Shown here: piece after piece, positions 1 through 9,410 of the stretch | Numbering within the stretch: position 1 is the stretch's first letter | How the letters are laid out: each line of letters begins with the position of its first letter | Origin: Candidatus Margulisiibacteriota bacterium | GTDB taxonomy: Bacteria; Margulisbacteria; Riflemargulisbacteria; GWF2-39-127 | Length of the DNA: 34,433 nt | NCBI GenBank assembly: GCA_003242895.1 | Contig: QKMY01000012.1 | Location: 1-34,433 of the forward strand | Reading direction: 5' to 3' | The notes under the pieces: generated by a model | What the model saw: only the letters and a program-made list of their open reading frames with translations | Database searches by the model: none | Told to the model about the DNA's origin: nothing | Position numbers and translations under genes: made by a program

Positions 1-78
1 ACCTCACGATGGACACCCTTGTCTTGAGCTAATGGTTGGCACTATCAACCCCCATATCGGACTTTCACCGACTAGAAA

Positions 79-128
79 GCGCCCATGCTGGGCGCACATA
101 AAATACCCCCCGAATACTTGGGGGGTAT
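79..128 (-). terminator. Two adjacent stem-loops downstream of the MCP gene (read on the minus strand). One is atacccccc/ggggggtat with an 8-nt loop, followed on the minus strand by TTTATGT. The other is gcgccca/tgggcgc, followed by TTTCT.
   Basis: Perfect 9-bp G/C-rich stem at about 103-128 and a 7-bp stem at about 79-95. Both have U-rich tails when read on the minus strand, immediately after the MCP stop at 158-160. Confidence 0.5.
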
Positions 129-157
129 TATGAGAAAAATTATCATACTTAAGGAAA

Positions 158-2197
158 TTAACTTTCTTTTGTCTTAGTATGTTTTAGGCTGAACTTATTG
201 ACCTCTTTTGACAGATAATCTGACATTCGTACCAGGTCACCTACATTTTCTTCTAAATTGCTGATTGTAATAGAAGCAATTTCTTCTGAAGAAGCAGTAA
301 CTTCTTCTATTGTTGATGAATTTTCCTGTGAAACTACAGAACTGGTCTCCATTATGTCAATAACTTGCTTGTAGTTATTTTTCATGGACTCGACAGCTAC
401 CTGATTGGTTTGCGATACGTTTTTTGCACTTCCGATGGAGGTTACTATCTGCCTTGAATTATCCAAGATAGATGACGAAGACTTGGCATTAGTATCGACG
501 AATTGTTGAATAGTTCCCATTGTCTCAATTACTTCGACACTTGATGCGGTCATCTCTTCAGCGGCAGAAGATATATTATGTATTTGTGTGACAGTATCAT
601 CAACAACGAGAATAATGTCATTGAGCGCTATTTTAGCTTGTTGAGCTAATCCTGCCCCATTTTTAACATCGTTGATACCACTCTTCATAGAGTTAATTGC
701 AAATGTCATGCCATTCTGGATTTTCTTGATTAATTCGCTTATTTCTTTTGTTGCCTTGGCAGTACGCTCTGCCAGCTTGCGCACCTCATCAGCAACTACT
801 GCGAATCCACGTCCGTTATCTCCAGCCCTGGCTGCTTCTATTGCCGCATTCAAAGCCAATAGATTCGTTTGAGCTGCAATATTGTCAATTACTTCTATGA
901 TTTCTCCAATCTGGTCAGAATTCTCACCAAGCTCACCAAGTTTTTGTGCAGTATCAAAAACACTTTCTTTGATTTTTTCCATAGCAGTTAAAGTGGAAGA
1001 AACAACCTCTTCTCCCTTTTTCGCTACATCTGCTGCCTGATTAGATTTCAAAGAAATATCCTGTGCTTCTCTGGTAACCTCATTTATTGCTTCTGACATT
1101 TGATTAATAGTCATTTTAATATTTTTTACGCTAGTAGCAAATTGCTGTGCTTCATTTGATAATTGCGATAACGAATCATTATTGAGCATTACAATATTAA
1201 CCGCAGTTTCTATTTGTTCAATCTGGGCATTTGCACCAGAGGCAATTTTATTAACTTCATCATTAATCTGTATAATATTTTGCTGCATATTGGTAACCAG
1301 ATTAACCTGGCGTGAAGTCCCTGAAGCAACCTGACTGATACCCTGGGATATCTGTTCGATCGAATTCTGGGTAGTTGAAGAGGTGCTTTTGAACTTATCA
1401 CTGGCATCTGTTATACCAACGGATATCTTCCAGACCCCTAACAGCAATTCATTTAGATTGTTAAGCATAACCTCCAGGGTATCAAACACCTTCCTGATTT
1501 CGTTAGGCTCTTTAGCAATGTTCCTCTGCAAATCAAAATTCAGGTTACCGGCTGTAATCTCGTGCAACACGTTTATTATTTTGCTTATATGAGTTACAAG
1601 AGACCTGATTACAAAATAAATAACTACCATTATAGCCAGGACAAAACCTGACAAGATAAATATAATGCGTATTCTTATAGAAGCCATATAATCGTTTAAG
1701 CCCTTTAAAGACATTCCTATTCTGATATAACATAAGGCGCCGGTTCCGTCATTCACAGGGACAACATATTCCATAACTTCTTTTTGAAAAGGATTGGTAC
1801 GGTTTATCAACTCTTTAACTTTTAAGGCTGATTTTTCAAAGTCGTTATTTAAAAACGGTTTACCAATAGAAGACGCATCCGTATCTGCTATGCACTGCCC
1901 CTCCGGATCGACTATGGTAATATATTTGATATTTTTGTCGTTTTTAAGCTGACTTAATACTACAGATTGCAACGTTTCATAATCTGCCGCGATTACATAT
2001 TCGACAGCTCTGTTTTTAAGAAACTCCGAAAGTATTTTTACTTGTACACCTTGCTGTCCCATGAGGTTGCACTTTTCCATATCTCCAAGAAAATAAAGCA
2101 GCAGACCCGAAAAAGCCAGGTTTAGTATAAATATTGGAAATGCCAGCTTGAAAAAAATGTTATTTTTTTTATTTGAACTATAGGCCAACTCTTTCAT
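158..2197 (-). CDS. Methyl-accepting chemotaxis protein with a periplasmic single Cache-like sensor, HAMP domain and MCP signalling domain.
   Basis: The supplied ORF is 158..2272. Its C-terminal half carries the canonical MCP signalling region ([34 protein letters not shown]). There are two transmembrane segments, [23 protein letters not shown] and [20 protein letters not shown], flanking an approximately 150-aa sensor. The likely true start is the ATG near 2197 (MKELAYSS...) with GGGAG upstream. The track start at 2272 is a GTG sitting inside a hairpin and would encode an odd His-rich leader. Confidence 0.85.
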   Translation of the reverse strand: MKELAYSSNKKNNIFFKLAFPIFILNLAFSGLLLYFLGDMEKCNLMGQQGVQVKILSEFLKNRAVEYVIAADYETLQSVVLSQLKNDKNIKYITIVDPEGQCIADTDASSIGKPFLNNDFEKSALKVKELINRTNPFQKEVMEYVVPVNDGTGALCYIRIGMSLKGLNDYMASIRIRIIFILSGFVLAIMVVIYFVIRSLVTHISKIINVLHEITAGNLNFDLQRNIAKEPNEIRKVFDTLEVMLNNLNELLLGVWKISVGITDASDKFKSTSSTTQNSIEQISQGISQVASGTSRQVNLVTNMQQNIIQINDEVNKIASGANAQIEQIETAVNIVMLNNDSLSQLSNEAQQFATSVKNIKMTINQMSEAINEVTREAQDISLKSNQAADVAKKGEEVVSSTLTAMEKIKESVFDTAQKLGELGENSDQIGEIIEVIDNIAAQTNLLALNAAIEAARAGDNGRGFAVVADEVRKLAERTAKATKEISELIKKIQNGMTFAINSMKSGINDVKNGAGLAQQAKIALNDIILVVDDTVTQIHNISSAAEEMTASSVEVIETMGTIQQFVDTNAKSSSSILDNSRQIVTSIGSAKNVSQTNQVAVESMKNNYKQVIDIMETSSVVSQENSSTIEEVTASSEEIASITISNLEENVGDLVRMSDYLSKEVNKFSLKHTKTKES

Positions 2198-2218
2198 GCT
2201 ATCAATACTCCCTATTCC

Positions 2219-2272
2219 ATGATGTATTCTATGATGTATTCTATGATGTGAGAATACACAAGGCATTCTCAC
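2219..2272 (-). repeat. A 12-nt tandem repeat (atgatgtattct, about 2.6 copies) immediately followed by a perfect 8-bp hairpin (gtgagaat-N9-attctcac), all in the rhodanese-MCP spacer.
   Basis: Read directly from the sequence. The element lies between the rhodanese stop (2292) and the proposed MCP start (2197). No U-run follows on the minus strand, so it is not a canonical terminator. Confidence 0.6.
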
Positions 2273-2291
2273 ATCCTGTAAATCAGATTTT

Positions 2292-3206
2292 TTATTTAAC
2301 TAAGGGACATTTCGGGTCTGCTGACCATTCAACCATTGAACCGTCATATACTTTGGTATTTTCAAACCCAACGATGTATTTTAAAGCCATTCTTACCTGT
2401 GAACTTCTTACGGCTGTCCTGCAATAAATAATAACTTCGTCGATATTATCATTTAAGCCGGCCTCTTTGAACATTTTTGTGAGTGTAGACTTATCCGCAA
2501 AAGTACCCTTTGCATCAATCAGTTCTTTATAATCATTGTGAACTGACCCGGGCATATGACCTCCACCCCTTTTTACATTATTTCCTGCAACCTGCCCGGT
2601 ATACTCCTTCTCGCCTCTGGCATCCATGAGGAGAACATTAGGCTTGTTAAGTTTTGACAAGACGTATTCTTTGCTGACAATAAACTGTGGTTGCGAATTC
2701 AAATTAAATTTTGTTTTAGCAATTTGGGGAAGCTCGCTCGTCTTTTCCCGTTTTTCAGCTGACCACTTATTGATGCCGCCATCAAGGAATTGTACCTTAT
2801 CATGCCCAACACTTTCGAGATACAGGATCATTCTGGCTGCTTCTCGCGCATCGGAGTTTTTCTCGTAAACAACAACTCTCTTGCTGGTGTTAATTCCGTT
2901 AGCGCCAAAAAGTTCGACAAGCTCTTTTTGTGGGGGAATTATGTTTTCAATCGGGGAGCTTTTGTCATAAATATCCCTGGTGTATAAGTTAATCGCACCC
3001 TTTATATGCCCTGCTTTATACAATTCCGGGGTTCGACAATCGATAACAACCAGATTTTTGTCATCAATTATCTGGTCCAGCTCATTTGTACTGATTAATA
3101 CCGGGTACTTTCGTGAAAATTTTTCGGCACAATTTCCAGTGGAAACGATACCAAGTAATAAAAAACATAAAAAAACCGATACTATTTTATTTTTTTGCTT
3201 CATCAT
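2292..3206 (-). CDS. Secreted tandem-rhodanese-domain sulfurtransferase (thiosulfate/3-mercaptopyruvate sulfurtransferase-like).
   Basis: N-terminal signal peptide ([27 protein letters not shown]). Two rhodanese modules are present; the second carries the active-site Cys loop [20 protein letters not shown] upstream of the start. Confidence 0.8.
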   Translation of the reverse strand: MMKQKNKIVSVFLCFLLLGIVSTGNCAEKFSRKYPVLISTNELDQIIDDKNLVVIDCRTPELYKAGHIKGAINLYTRDIYDKSSPIENIIPPQKELVELFGANGINTSKRVVVYEKNSDAREAARMILYLESVGHDKVQFLDGGINKWSAEKREKTSELPQIAKTKFNLNSQPQFIVSKEYVLSKLNKPNVLLMDARGEKEYTGQVAGNNVKRGGGHMPGSVHNDYKELIDAKGTFADKSTLTKMFKEAGLNDNIDEVIIYCRTAVRSSQVRMALKYIVGFENTKVYDGSMVEWSADPKCPLVK

Positions 3207-3777
3207 AATCCTCCTTAATATTTTAATTGCAACCTATTTGCAAATTATTTCTTTTAATACACATCCCTAATTACAAGGTTTACTTAATATTAAAAAATTA
3301 ATATGATTTTTGCCCTTAACATTTACTACAGTTACTATTGTTGCCAACTGAAAAATATAAAACAACCTTGCCTTACAGATATTTCCGGTATTATTTTTTT
3401 GTTTCTGCTTATATTATTATTAACATTAGTTATATTTATAGACACAAGTAAAATGGTATAATTTTTAAAAATGAATGTCAAGAAATCTTTACAATTGTGA
3501 ATATCCGGTAATTAAATTCAGAAAAACTGAGATAACATTCCATACACGCCGGAGCAGTGCACGGACTCTATATAAAAGCTCGATTTTTGATAAAAACCCA
3601 GGTTTTATCATTAAAATTGCAATTTACATTTATTAGGGATATAACAGATTATAGCTAATGAATTTCCACAGCAAAAACTGCCACTCATAAGTTACTGTGA
3701 CCTATACTTATATTTGTCCTGTAATTTTAATTGGGTTAAAAAAGAGTCCGCCATGGAAACGAATGAAAAGAACAAAC

Positions 3778-3846
3778 AAAGATATCCACTTCGTTCTTCC
3801 CGGACCGTAATCCGGAAATATTTAAAGTGGATACCAGCTAGCTACC
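3778..3846. repeat. Copy 1 of a 69-bp nested-palindrome element. Outer arms are tatccactt/aagtggata, the inner hairpin is ccgga-N6-tccgg, and an agctagct palindrome follows.
   Basis: About 92% identical to the segment at 7935-8003 in the same orientation. It lies 92 nt upstream of the 3938 (+) CDS. Confidence 0.7.
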
Positions 3847-3937
3847 CCCTAACGGAATGACTAGCATCCCTCGTTGACAATCAATAAACAATGCAATAAA
3901 ATGTTTACCATATGTTAGACAAAAAGGAAATACATCT

Positions 3938-4696
3938 ATGACAGACCTAGTTGACCTATTTTGGAACTCCCCGGTAGAAGATATTATGAAAGGTTTCAAA
4001 TATCTAAAAACCTCAGAAGAGTATATTTGTTTGCTTTGTGGAGAAAAATTCGTTCAAGGAATAATCTACCAGGATGGTGATCAATTATACGATGCCGGTA
4101 AATACGCAGAAATCCACATAGCCCTAAAGCACACTTCGGTTTTTGATTATTTAATCGGCTTAGATAAAAAAATTACCGGGCTAACCGATCATCAGAGAAA
4201 ACTGCTTATCTTATTCAAGCTGGGGCTGAAGGACTCGGAAATGGCAAAGGAAATGGATTGCACGAATTCCACGATCAGGAATCACAGGTTTTCGCTGTAC
4301 GAAAAAGAAAAACAGGCAAAGATTTTTCTCGCTATTATGGGGCTGCTAAGTAAAAACACAGAAGCTGATAGCTTCTTGAATATTCACAGAACTGCCAAAT
4401 CAATTGATGAACGCTATGCAATTACCCAGGAAGAATACGGAGAACTGCTAAAAAGATACTTCCCTAAAGGATTAGATGGTCCACTAATGAGAATGCCTCT
4501 TAAGCAGAAAGGTAAAATTGCGATATTAAAGCACATTATCACAAGATTTGACAGCCAGAAAAAATATACAGAAAAAGAGATAAACGAACTCCTGAAAAAC
4601 ATCTATTCTGACTACATAACCCTGAGAAGGTATTTGATTGACTACGGTTTTTTGAACAGGTATACCGACGGGAGTATGTATTGGGTTGAGGTATAA
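3938..4696 (+). CDS. Putative transcriptional regulator with an HTH segment and a DUF2087-like C-terminal domain.
   Basis: The central segment LTDHQRKLLILFKLGLKDSEMAKEMDCTNSTIRNHRFSL resembles sigma-70 region 4 / LuxR-type HTH. The C-terminus (KGKIAILKHIITRFDSQKKYTEKEINELL...YLIDYGFLNRYTDGSMYW) resembles DUF2087. RBS AAGGAAA upstream. Confidence 0.5.
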   Translation: MTDLVDLFWNSPVEDIMKGFKYLKTSEEYICLLCGEKFVQGIIYQDGDQLYDAGKYAEIHIALKHTSVFDYLIGLDKKITGLTDHQRKLLILFKLGLKDSEMAKEMDCTNSTIRNHRFSLYEKEKQAKIFLAIMGLLSKNTEADSFLNIHRTAKSIDERYAITQEEYGELLKRYFPKGLDGPLMRMPLKQKGKIAILKHIITRFDSQKKYTEKEINELLKNIYSDYITLRRYLIDYGFLNRYTDGSMYWVEV

Positions 4697-4866
4697 ACAC
4701 CCCAACCCGTTATATCAGTTTCCATCCAAAAGCTCCTAGACCAAATAGAGTTCCCTTTAATTATCAGTAATTTATTTAGTTCCATTGGTTAGTCACATGG
4801 TGTATTATCGCGCCGGAGTTAATCAAGATCATTAATTATTATTTTCAAGGTTCGAGGAGCTGAGGC

Positions 4867-6012
4867 ATGGATGGAATAAAGCCCTACCATATTGGAATCA
4901 CCGGGTCCTATGGTGGACTTAACTTAGGTGATGAGGCTATACTAAAGTGTATTATCGATCAGCTAAGGAACTCTCTTCCTGTAGAAATTACCGTGTTCTC
5001 AAAAAATCCCGAAGATACCCTAAGAAATCATGATGTCGATAAGGCAATAGCAGTGAGAGAGCTTTCCCGGGAAGAGATACTCCCCGAAATAAAAAACCTT
5101 GATCTGCTTATTGTCGGCGGAGGCGGTATCTTTTTCGATGGAGAAGTTAATATTTACTTGAGAGAAGTTATCCTTGCAAATGAGGTTGCTGTGCCGGTAA
5201 TGATATATGCCGTAAGTGCAGGGCCACTTACCAACTCATCGAATAAAAAACTAATACGTGATTGTCTCAATAAAGCTGCGGTTATCACAGTAAGGGAACG
5301 TGATGCTAAGAAATTACTCGAAGAGTCCGGAATCACTTCGCGGATCCAGGTTACTGCGGATCCGGCACTTCTTCTACCCCCCGAACCGATACCTGACGAT
5401 TCGCTTCAACGGGAAGGGCTGAATGCTCAGCAACGATTAATTGGAATATCAGTAAGGGAACCAGGGTTAGCTGCTCCAGATATTAACGAAAAACATTACC
5501 ATTCCTTACTGGCCAATGCAGCAGATTATATGGTTGACAGGATGAATGCAGATATCGTTTTTGTTCCTATGGAACGTGAAATCCGTGATGTACAGCAATC
5601 ACATGCAGTCATTGCACAAATGCTGAGACCTCAACATGCAACAGTCCTGAAAGGCGTGTATAGTCCAGGACAAATGCTCTCATTTATGAATTACTTCATG
5701 TTCGCCGTAGGTATGCGTCTACATTTCCTCATCTTTGCTGCATTACAAAATGTTCCGTTCGTCGCCCTGCCTTATGCATCTAAAGTAATCGGGTTCCTGG
5801 ATGATCTGAAAATAGTAACCCCGCCAATCCATTTAGTAAATGCCGGTCGACTGATTGCTCATATAGATAACTCCTGGGATAGGCGTGAATTGATTATATC
5901 TAAAATAAAGGAAAAACTACCTGAATTGAAAAAGCGGGCAAAGCAAACAAATGAAATTGCAGTATCGCTAATACAAAGCCTTTCCCCGGGAAAAATAGAT
6001 TACACTATTTAG
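4867..6012 (+). CDS. Polysaccharide pyruvyl transferase family protein (CsaB/WcaK-like).
   Basis: N-terminal motif ITGSYGGLNLGDEAIL matches the PS_pyruv_trans GxYGxxNxGDEAIL signature. Length is about 380 aa. GGAG RBS upstream. Confidence 0.7.
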   Translation: MDGIKPYHIGITGSYGGLNLGDEAILKCIIDQLRNSLPVEITVFSKNPEDTLRNHDVDKAIAVRELSREEILPEIKNLDLLIVGGGGIFFDGEVNIYLREVILANEVAVPVMIYAVSAGPLTNSSNKKLIRDCLNKAAVITVRERDAKKLLEESGITSRIQVTADPALLLPPEPIPDDSLQREGLNAQQRLIGISVREPGLAAPDINEKHYHSLLANAADYMVDRMNADIVFVPMEREIRDVQQSHAVIAQMLRPQHATVLKGVYSPGQMLSFMNYFMFAVGMRLHFLIFAALQNVPFVALPYASKVIGFLDDLKIVTPPIHLVNAGRLIAHIDNSWDRRELIISKIKEKLPELKKRAKQTNEIAVSLIQSLSPGKIDYTI

Positions 6013-6028
6013 TCCCAGGAGAACAATT

Positions 6029-7447
6029 ATGCCAGCCTTTAAACGCGCTTCAAAAATAAAAACCATTACGCTACCTCAGCGTAGTGCCATAGTTGCCGCA
6101 GAAACAGATGTTCTCGTAATCGGCGGAGGTCCTGCCGGTTTAGGCGCAGCGCTTGGAGCAGCACACGAAGGAGCTCAGGTTATTCTTGCAGAACATTACG
6201 GGTTCTTAGGAGGTACTGCGACAGCTGCTCTGGTAACAATCATGACTTCTTATTATACCGAACACCACAGAGCAGAACGGTTGGGCGTCGATAGCCTGCT
6301 CCCTACTGACCATGGAGCTGGAAAACCGGTCATCGAAGGTGTACTTGCAACGTTAGTTCACAGGATTGAATGCGCTGGAGGAGCTTTCATGCCATCAATC
6401 AAAACAGGCTACACAGTCCCCTTTGATCCTGAAGTATTTAAGTTGGTAGCTCAAGATATGCTGGATGAAGCGGGAGTACATATGCTGTTCCATGCTTTTG
6501 CCAGCGGAATTGTTGGCGAAGAACGGACCGAGGGAGTTATTTTTGAGACAAAATCTGGGCCGGTCGTTATCCGCGCAAAGGTAATAATAGACTGTACCGG
6601 AGACGGAGATATCGCTGCATCGGCAGGAGCACCTTATGAGCTCGGACGGCATAAAGATGGTCTCGTACAGCCAATGACACTCATGTTCCGAATGGGTGAC
6701 TACGACAAAGATGCATTCTCTGAATATATCAAAAAGCATCCGAATGAATGGCGTGGCGTCCATGGCCTGTGGGACCTCATTAGACAGGCAACTGAAACCG
6801 GAGAGCTCAAGTTACCCAGGGAAGATATCCTCTTTTTTGCTACACCTCATGGAAAGGAACTGATTATCAATAGTTCCAGAGTAAAGAAAGTCTTAGGGAT
6901 TGATGTATGGGACCTTACCTATGCTGAATGGCTTGGCCGCCGGCAGATACATGAAATAGCAACTTTTCTTAAAAAATATGTTCCGGGATTTGGCAAATCA
7001 TATATTTTACAGGCAGGAACACAAATCGGTATAAGAGAAACACGAAGGATTATCGGAGATTATAAGCTTACAGAAGATGACATATTATCCGCAAAAAAAT
7101 TCGATGATGTTATTGCTCGCGGGACCTACCCAATCGACATCCACAATCCGAAAGGAAAAGGAACCATTCTCAAACGCCTCCCAGCCGGAGAGGCGTATGA
7201 TATTCCACTACGCTGTCTAATTCCTAAAAATACAGAAAATATTCTTGTGGCCGGTCGTTGTATATCAGGAACGCATGAGGCACACGCCTCCTATAGAGTC
7301 ATGCCCATCTGCGTCGCCACAGGACAGGCATCCGGAGTATGCGCTGCTCTTGCTGCGAAACATAACATTATACCTCGTCAGGTAAATATTCGGGATGTTC
7401 AAAAAAGTCTTAAAAACCAGAAGGCAAATCTACGCGATCGAACCTGA
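6029..7447 (+). CDS. FAD-dependent oxidoreductase (PF12831-like; GIDA/HI0933-like fold).
   Basis: Rossmann dinucleotide-binding motif DVLVIGGGPAGLGAALGAAHEGAQVILAEHYGFLGGTAT at the N-terminus, and a CTGDGD motif. GGAG RBS upstream. GC content is noticeably higher than in the neighbouring genes. Confidence 0.7.
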   Translation: MPAFKRASKIKTITLPQRSAIVAAETDVLVIGGGPAGLGAALGAAHEGAQVILAEHYGFLGGTATAALVTIMTSYYTEHHRAERLGVDSLLPTDHGAGKPVIEGVLATLVHRIECAGGAFMPSIKTGYTVPFDPEVFKLVAQDMLDEAGVHMLFHAFASGIVGEERTEGVIFETKSGPVVIRAKVIIDCTGDGDIAASAGAPYELGRHKDGLVQPMTLMFRMGDYDKDAFSEYIKKHPNEWRGVHGLWDLIRQATETGELKLPREDILFFATPHGKELIINSSRVKKVLGIDVWDLTYAEWLGRRQIHEIATFLKKYVPGFGKSYILQAGTQIGIRETRRIIGDYKLTEDDILSAKKFDDVIARGTYPIDIHNPKGKGTILKRLPAGEAYDIPLRCLIPKNTENILVAGRCISGTHEAHASYRVMPICVATGQASGVCAALAAKHNIIPRQVNIRDVQKSLKNQKANLRDRT

Positions 7448-7507
7448 AAGCAGCTATAGCGAGTAATATCGGCCATCTGCTATCTTACAGACTTCAGAAA
7501 TATCTGT

Positions 7508-7888
7508 TCAAGCAGCCTCGATGAATGTCACCCATTCATCTGGCAAGTTATCCTCAAGTTCTTCTAATGTCTCATCACTAACAGCATCTTTGGTCACACT
7601 TAATACAGTACTTAACAGTTCACGTGACTCATCCTTATCAATACCAAATTGCCGGCTTAATTCCGTAATGCTCTGATCAAGAGTCGGGGGAATTGCCTGT
7701 TGTTTTTTACCACGCAACATCTCGAAATTAAGCTGTTGGGGCAACTCTTCTGCAAGCCTTCTCGCCGGCTCTTCCGGGATACGGTTTACAAGAACACTTA
7801 GTGATGCCTTGACGGCGGCATCAGCAGCCTCTTCGTCTTCGATAAAATAGAGATCTTCTACATCATTAACAAAGTCATCATAATCCAT
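7508..7888 (-). CDS. DUF2267-family protein.
   Basis: Small acidic protein. The segment AADAAVKASLSVLVNRIPEEPARRLAEELPQQL resembles DUF2267. The start is moved to the ATG at about 7888 (MDYDDFVNDV...), which has GGAGG 6 nt upstream; the track start at 7912 lies inside that RBS. Confidence 0.5.
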   Translation of the reverse strand: MDYDDFVNDVEDLYFIEDEEAADAAVKASLSVLVNRIPEEPARRLAEELPQQLNFEMLRGKKQQAIPPTLDQSITELSRQFGIDKDESRELLSTVLSVTKDAVSDETLEELEDNLPDEWVTFIEAA

Positions 7889-7934
7889 AAAAGGCCTCCT
7901 TCCAGATATCAAACCAATCTTTTTAGGAGATAAA

Positions 7935-8003
7935 AAAGATATCCACTTCTTTCATCCCGGACCGTAATCCGGAAATACTTGAAGTGGATACCAGCTAGCT
8001 ACC
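7935..8003. repeat. Copy 2 of the 69-bp nested-palindrome element. Outer arms tatccacttc/gaagtggata pair perfectly.
   Basis: Direct-orientation duplicate of 3778-3846. It lies 47 nt upstream of the DUF2267 start on the opposite strand. Confidence 0.7.
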
Positions 8004-8089
8004 GCGCATTATAGGGTATTATGAATAACAGTCAACTGCATTTTTTCAGTTATTTTTCGGCTTATTTAAAAGATTTATTACTATCGTCG

Positions 8090-8875
8090 TTATTTGCCGA
8101 GCGGAAGGATAATACTGCTGCCACCCCCACCAGTCACTACCGTGGTTGGGGCTACGCCATTCCACTTCTTAACAACTTCCAGTTCGATTACTCGAGGAGA
8201 ATTTGCCAAAGCATTTCCTTTAATTCTTACTGATTCAGCTTCTGCCTGTGCCTGGACAATCGTTATTTCCTTTTCTTTAAGGGCTGACTGCAACTCGTAC
8301 TCTTTCTGTTTGGCCCTTTGCTGCTCTACTTGCTTACGCTCTATTGCAGCTTCTAATTCGTCAGACAAGTCAATATTGGTAATATTAAAATCATTCAAGT
8401 TAACAACTCCGCTCACTTTTTCTTTTAGCAGCGTATAAACTTCTTCTTTAACTGCGCCTCGATTCCTTACGAAATCTTCTGCAGTATATTTGGCTGTTAT
8501 TGTCTTTAAAGATTCTTCCAGCCGGGGAGTAACAAAAGAATTCAAAACATTCCCGCTATATTTGGTATAGAGATCAAAAAGTTTATTTTCCGGCAAGTTA
8601 AAAAGAATAGCATATTCGACTTTAAGAGTTTGCAAATCGCTTGAAAAGGCTAAAGTTGAGTTTCTTGCTGTTTCAGTTTTTATTGTAAGTTTAATTATTT
8701 TTTGAATAAGCGGCAGCTTGAGATTAACTCCCTCTCCCAGTATCACCGGAGAAGCTTTACCTAAAGTTACCATAATTCCCCGCTCACCCGGATTAATAAT
8801 TGTTACAGGAGAAAAAAAGATTAAAAGTATGATAAAAGATACTATTACTGCCACACCATACGCAATTTTTTCCAT
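8090..8875 (-). CDS. SPFH/band-7 (prohibitin/HflC-like) membrane protein.
   Basis: N-terminal transmembrane anchor (IAYGVAVIVSFIILLIFF). PHB-domain-like core and a coiled-coil tail (EQQRAKQKEYELQSALKEKEITIVQAQAEAESVRIKG). RBS GGAAGGG upstream. Confidence 0.75.
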   Translation of the reverse strand: MEKIAYGVAVIVSFIILLIFFSPVTIINPGERGIMVTLGKASPVILGEGVNLKLPLIQKIIKLTIKTETARNSTLAFSSDLQTLKVEYAILFNLPENKLFDLYTKYSGNVLNSFVTPRLEESLKTITAKYTAEDFVRNRGAVKEEVYTLLKEKVSGVVNLNDFNITNIDLSDELEAAIERKQVEQQRAKQKEYELQSALKEKEITIVQAQAEAESVRIKGNALANSPRVIELEVVKKWNGVAPTTVVTGGGGSSIILPLGK

Positions 8876-8978
8876 TAGATTCCCTTCCTTTTGTTAAGGT
8901 TATATTTCAGAATTACTATTCTTATTTTATGATAGTATGTTTTCTATACTAATTGCAAATTTTATTGGGTTCATTATC

Positions 8979-9356
8979 TTAGGCAGGGTTTTCTTCTAAC
9001 ATCAAACTGATCTTGTCGATTAATTCATCAAATCTAAAAGATTTTTCGAGAAGTCCATTGACACCGATGTGTTTCGCAATTTCCATAGCTTTATTTGTTA
9101 AATGACCTGAATAGAATAATATAGGTATGTCCTTAGTCTTTGCATCCATTTTCAACAACAAAGCACAATCAAAACCATTTGTATTGTCCATATTTACATC
9201 CATTACGATAATATCCGGGAAATATTGTAATGCTTTTATGCAGGCATCTTCACCGTCTTCAGCTACTATCACATCATACCCTTTCACCTGCAATAATTTT
9301 CCCACTAATTTCCGAATACATAATTCATCATCAACCAGTAATATTCTTTTTCGCAT
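8979..9356 (-). CDS. Stand-alone response-regulator receiver domain (CheY-like).
   Basis: RILLVDDE...DIIVMDVNM...K receiver signature. The start is taken at MRKR (about 9356) with AAGGGGA upstream. The track ORF runs on to 9449 but its extension is not receiver-like. Confidence 0.75.
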   Translation of the reverse strand: MRKRILLVDDELCIRKLVGKLLQVKGYDVIVAEDGEDACIKALQYFPDIIVMDVNMDNTNGFDCALLLKMDAKTKDIPILFYSGHLTNKAMEIAKHIGVNGLLEKSFRFDELIDKISLMLEENPA

Positions 9357-9410
9357 TTTCCCCTTATGATTGAAACTTCTATCAAACATGCTTATCCCTG
9401 GACCAGCTGA

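Noticed and set aside
2198-2272. The His-rich N-terminal extension ([22 protein letters not shown]) of the MCP in the track ORF.
   Set aside because: It is encoded by the 12-nt tandem repeat and a hairpin, starts with a GTG lacking an RBS, and precedes a canonical MK...TM1 start that has GGGAG upstream. It is more likely leader sequence than coding.
672-2427. Short ORFs antisense to or overlapping the MCP and rhodanese genes (672..872, 1210..1407, 1383..1592, 1545..1733, 2173..2427).
   Set aside because: They are fully embedded in well-supported CDSs and have no RBS or conserved motifs. Low-complexity translations are typical of off-frame reading.
2626-3270. Short ORFs overlapping the rhodanese gene (2626..2868, 2790..2987, 2980..3270).
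   Set aside because: Embedded in a well-supported CDS on the other strand, with no RBS and low-complexity translations; off-frame artefacts.
3759-3869. A 36-aa ORF (METNEKNKQRYPLRSSRTVIRKYLKWIPASYPLTE) running through repeat copy 1. Four of the five nucleotide differences between the two copies are synonymous in this frame.
   Set aside because: Copy 2 has an in-frame stop just upstream and no start codon, and no RBS precedes the copy-1 ATG. The synonymous pattern is intriguing but based on five substitutions, and the differences can equally be read as stem or loop changes.
4414-6763. Antisense ORFs inside the regulator, pyruvyl transferase and FAD oxidoreductase genes (4414..4602, 5154..5336, 6395..6763).
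   Set aside because: Opposite-strand artefacts of coding DNA with no start signals.
8021-8438. Plus-strand ORFs 8021..8233 and 8094..8438 opposite the SPFH gene.
   Set aside because: They overlap a strongly supported minus-strand CDS, and their translations are low-complexity.
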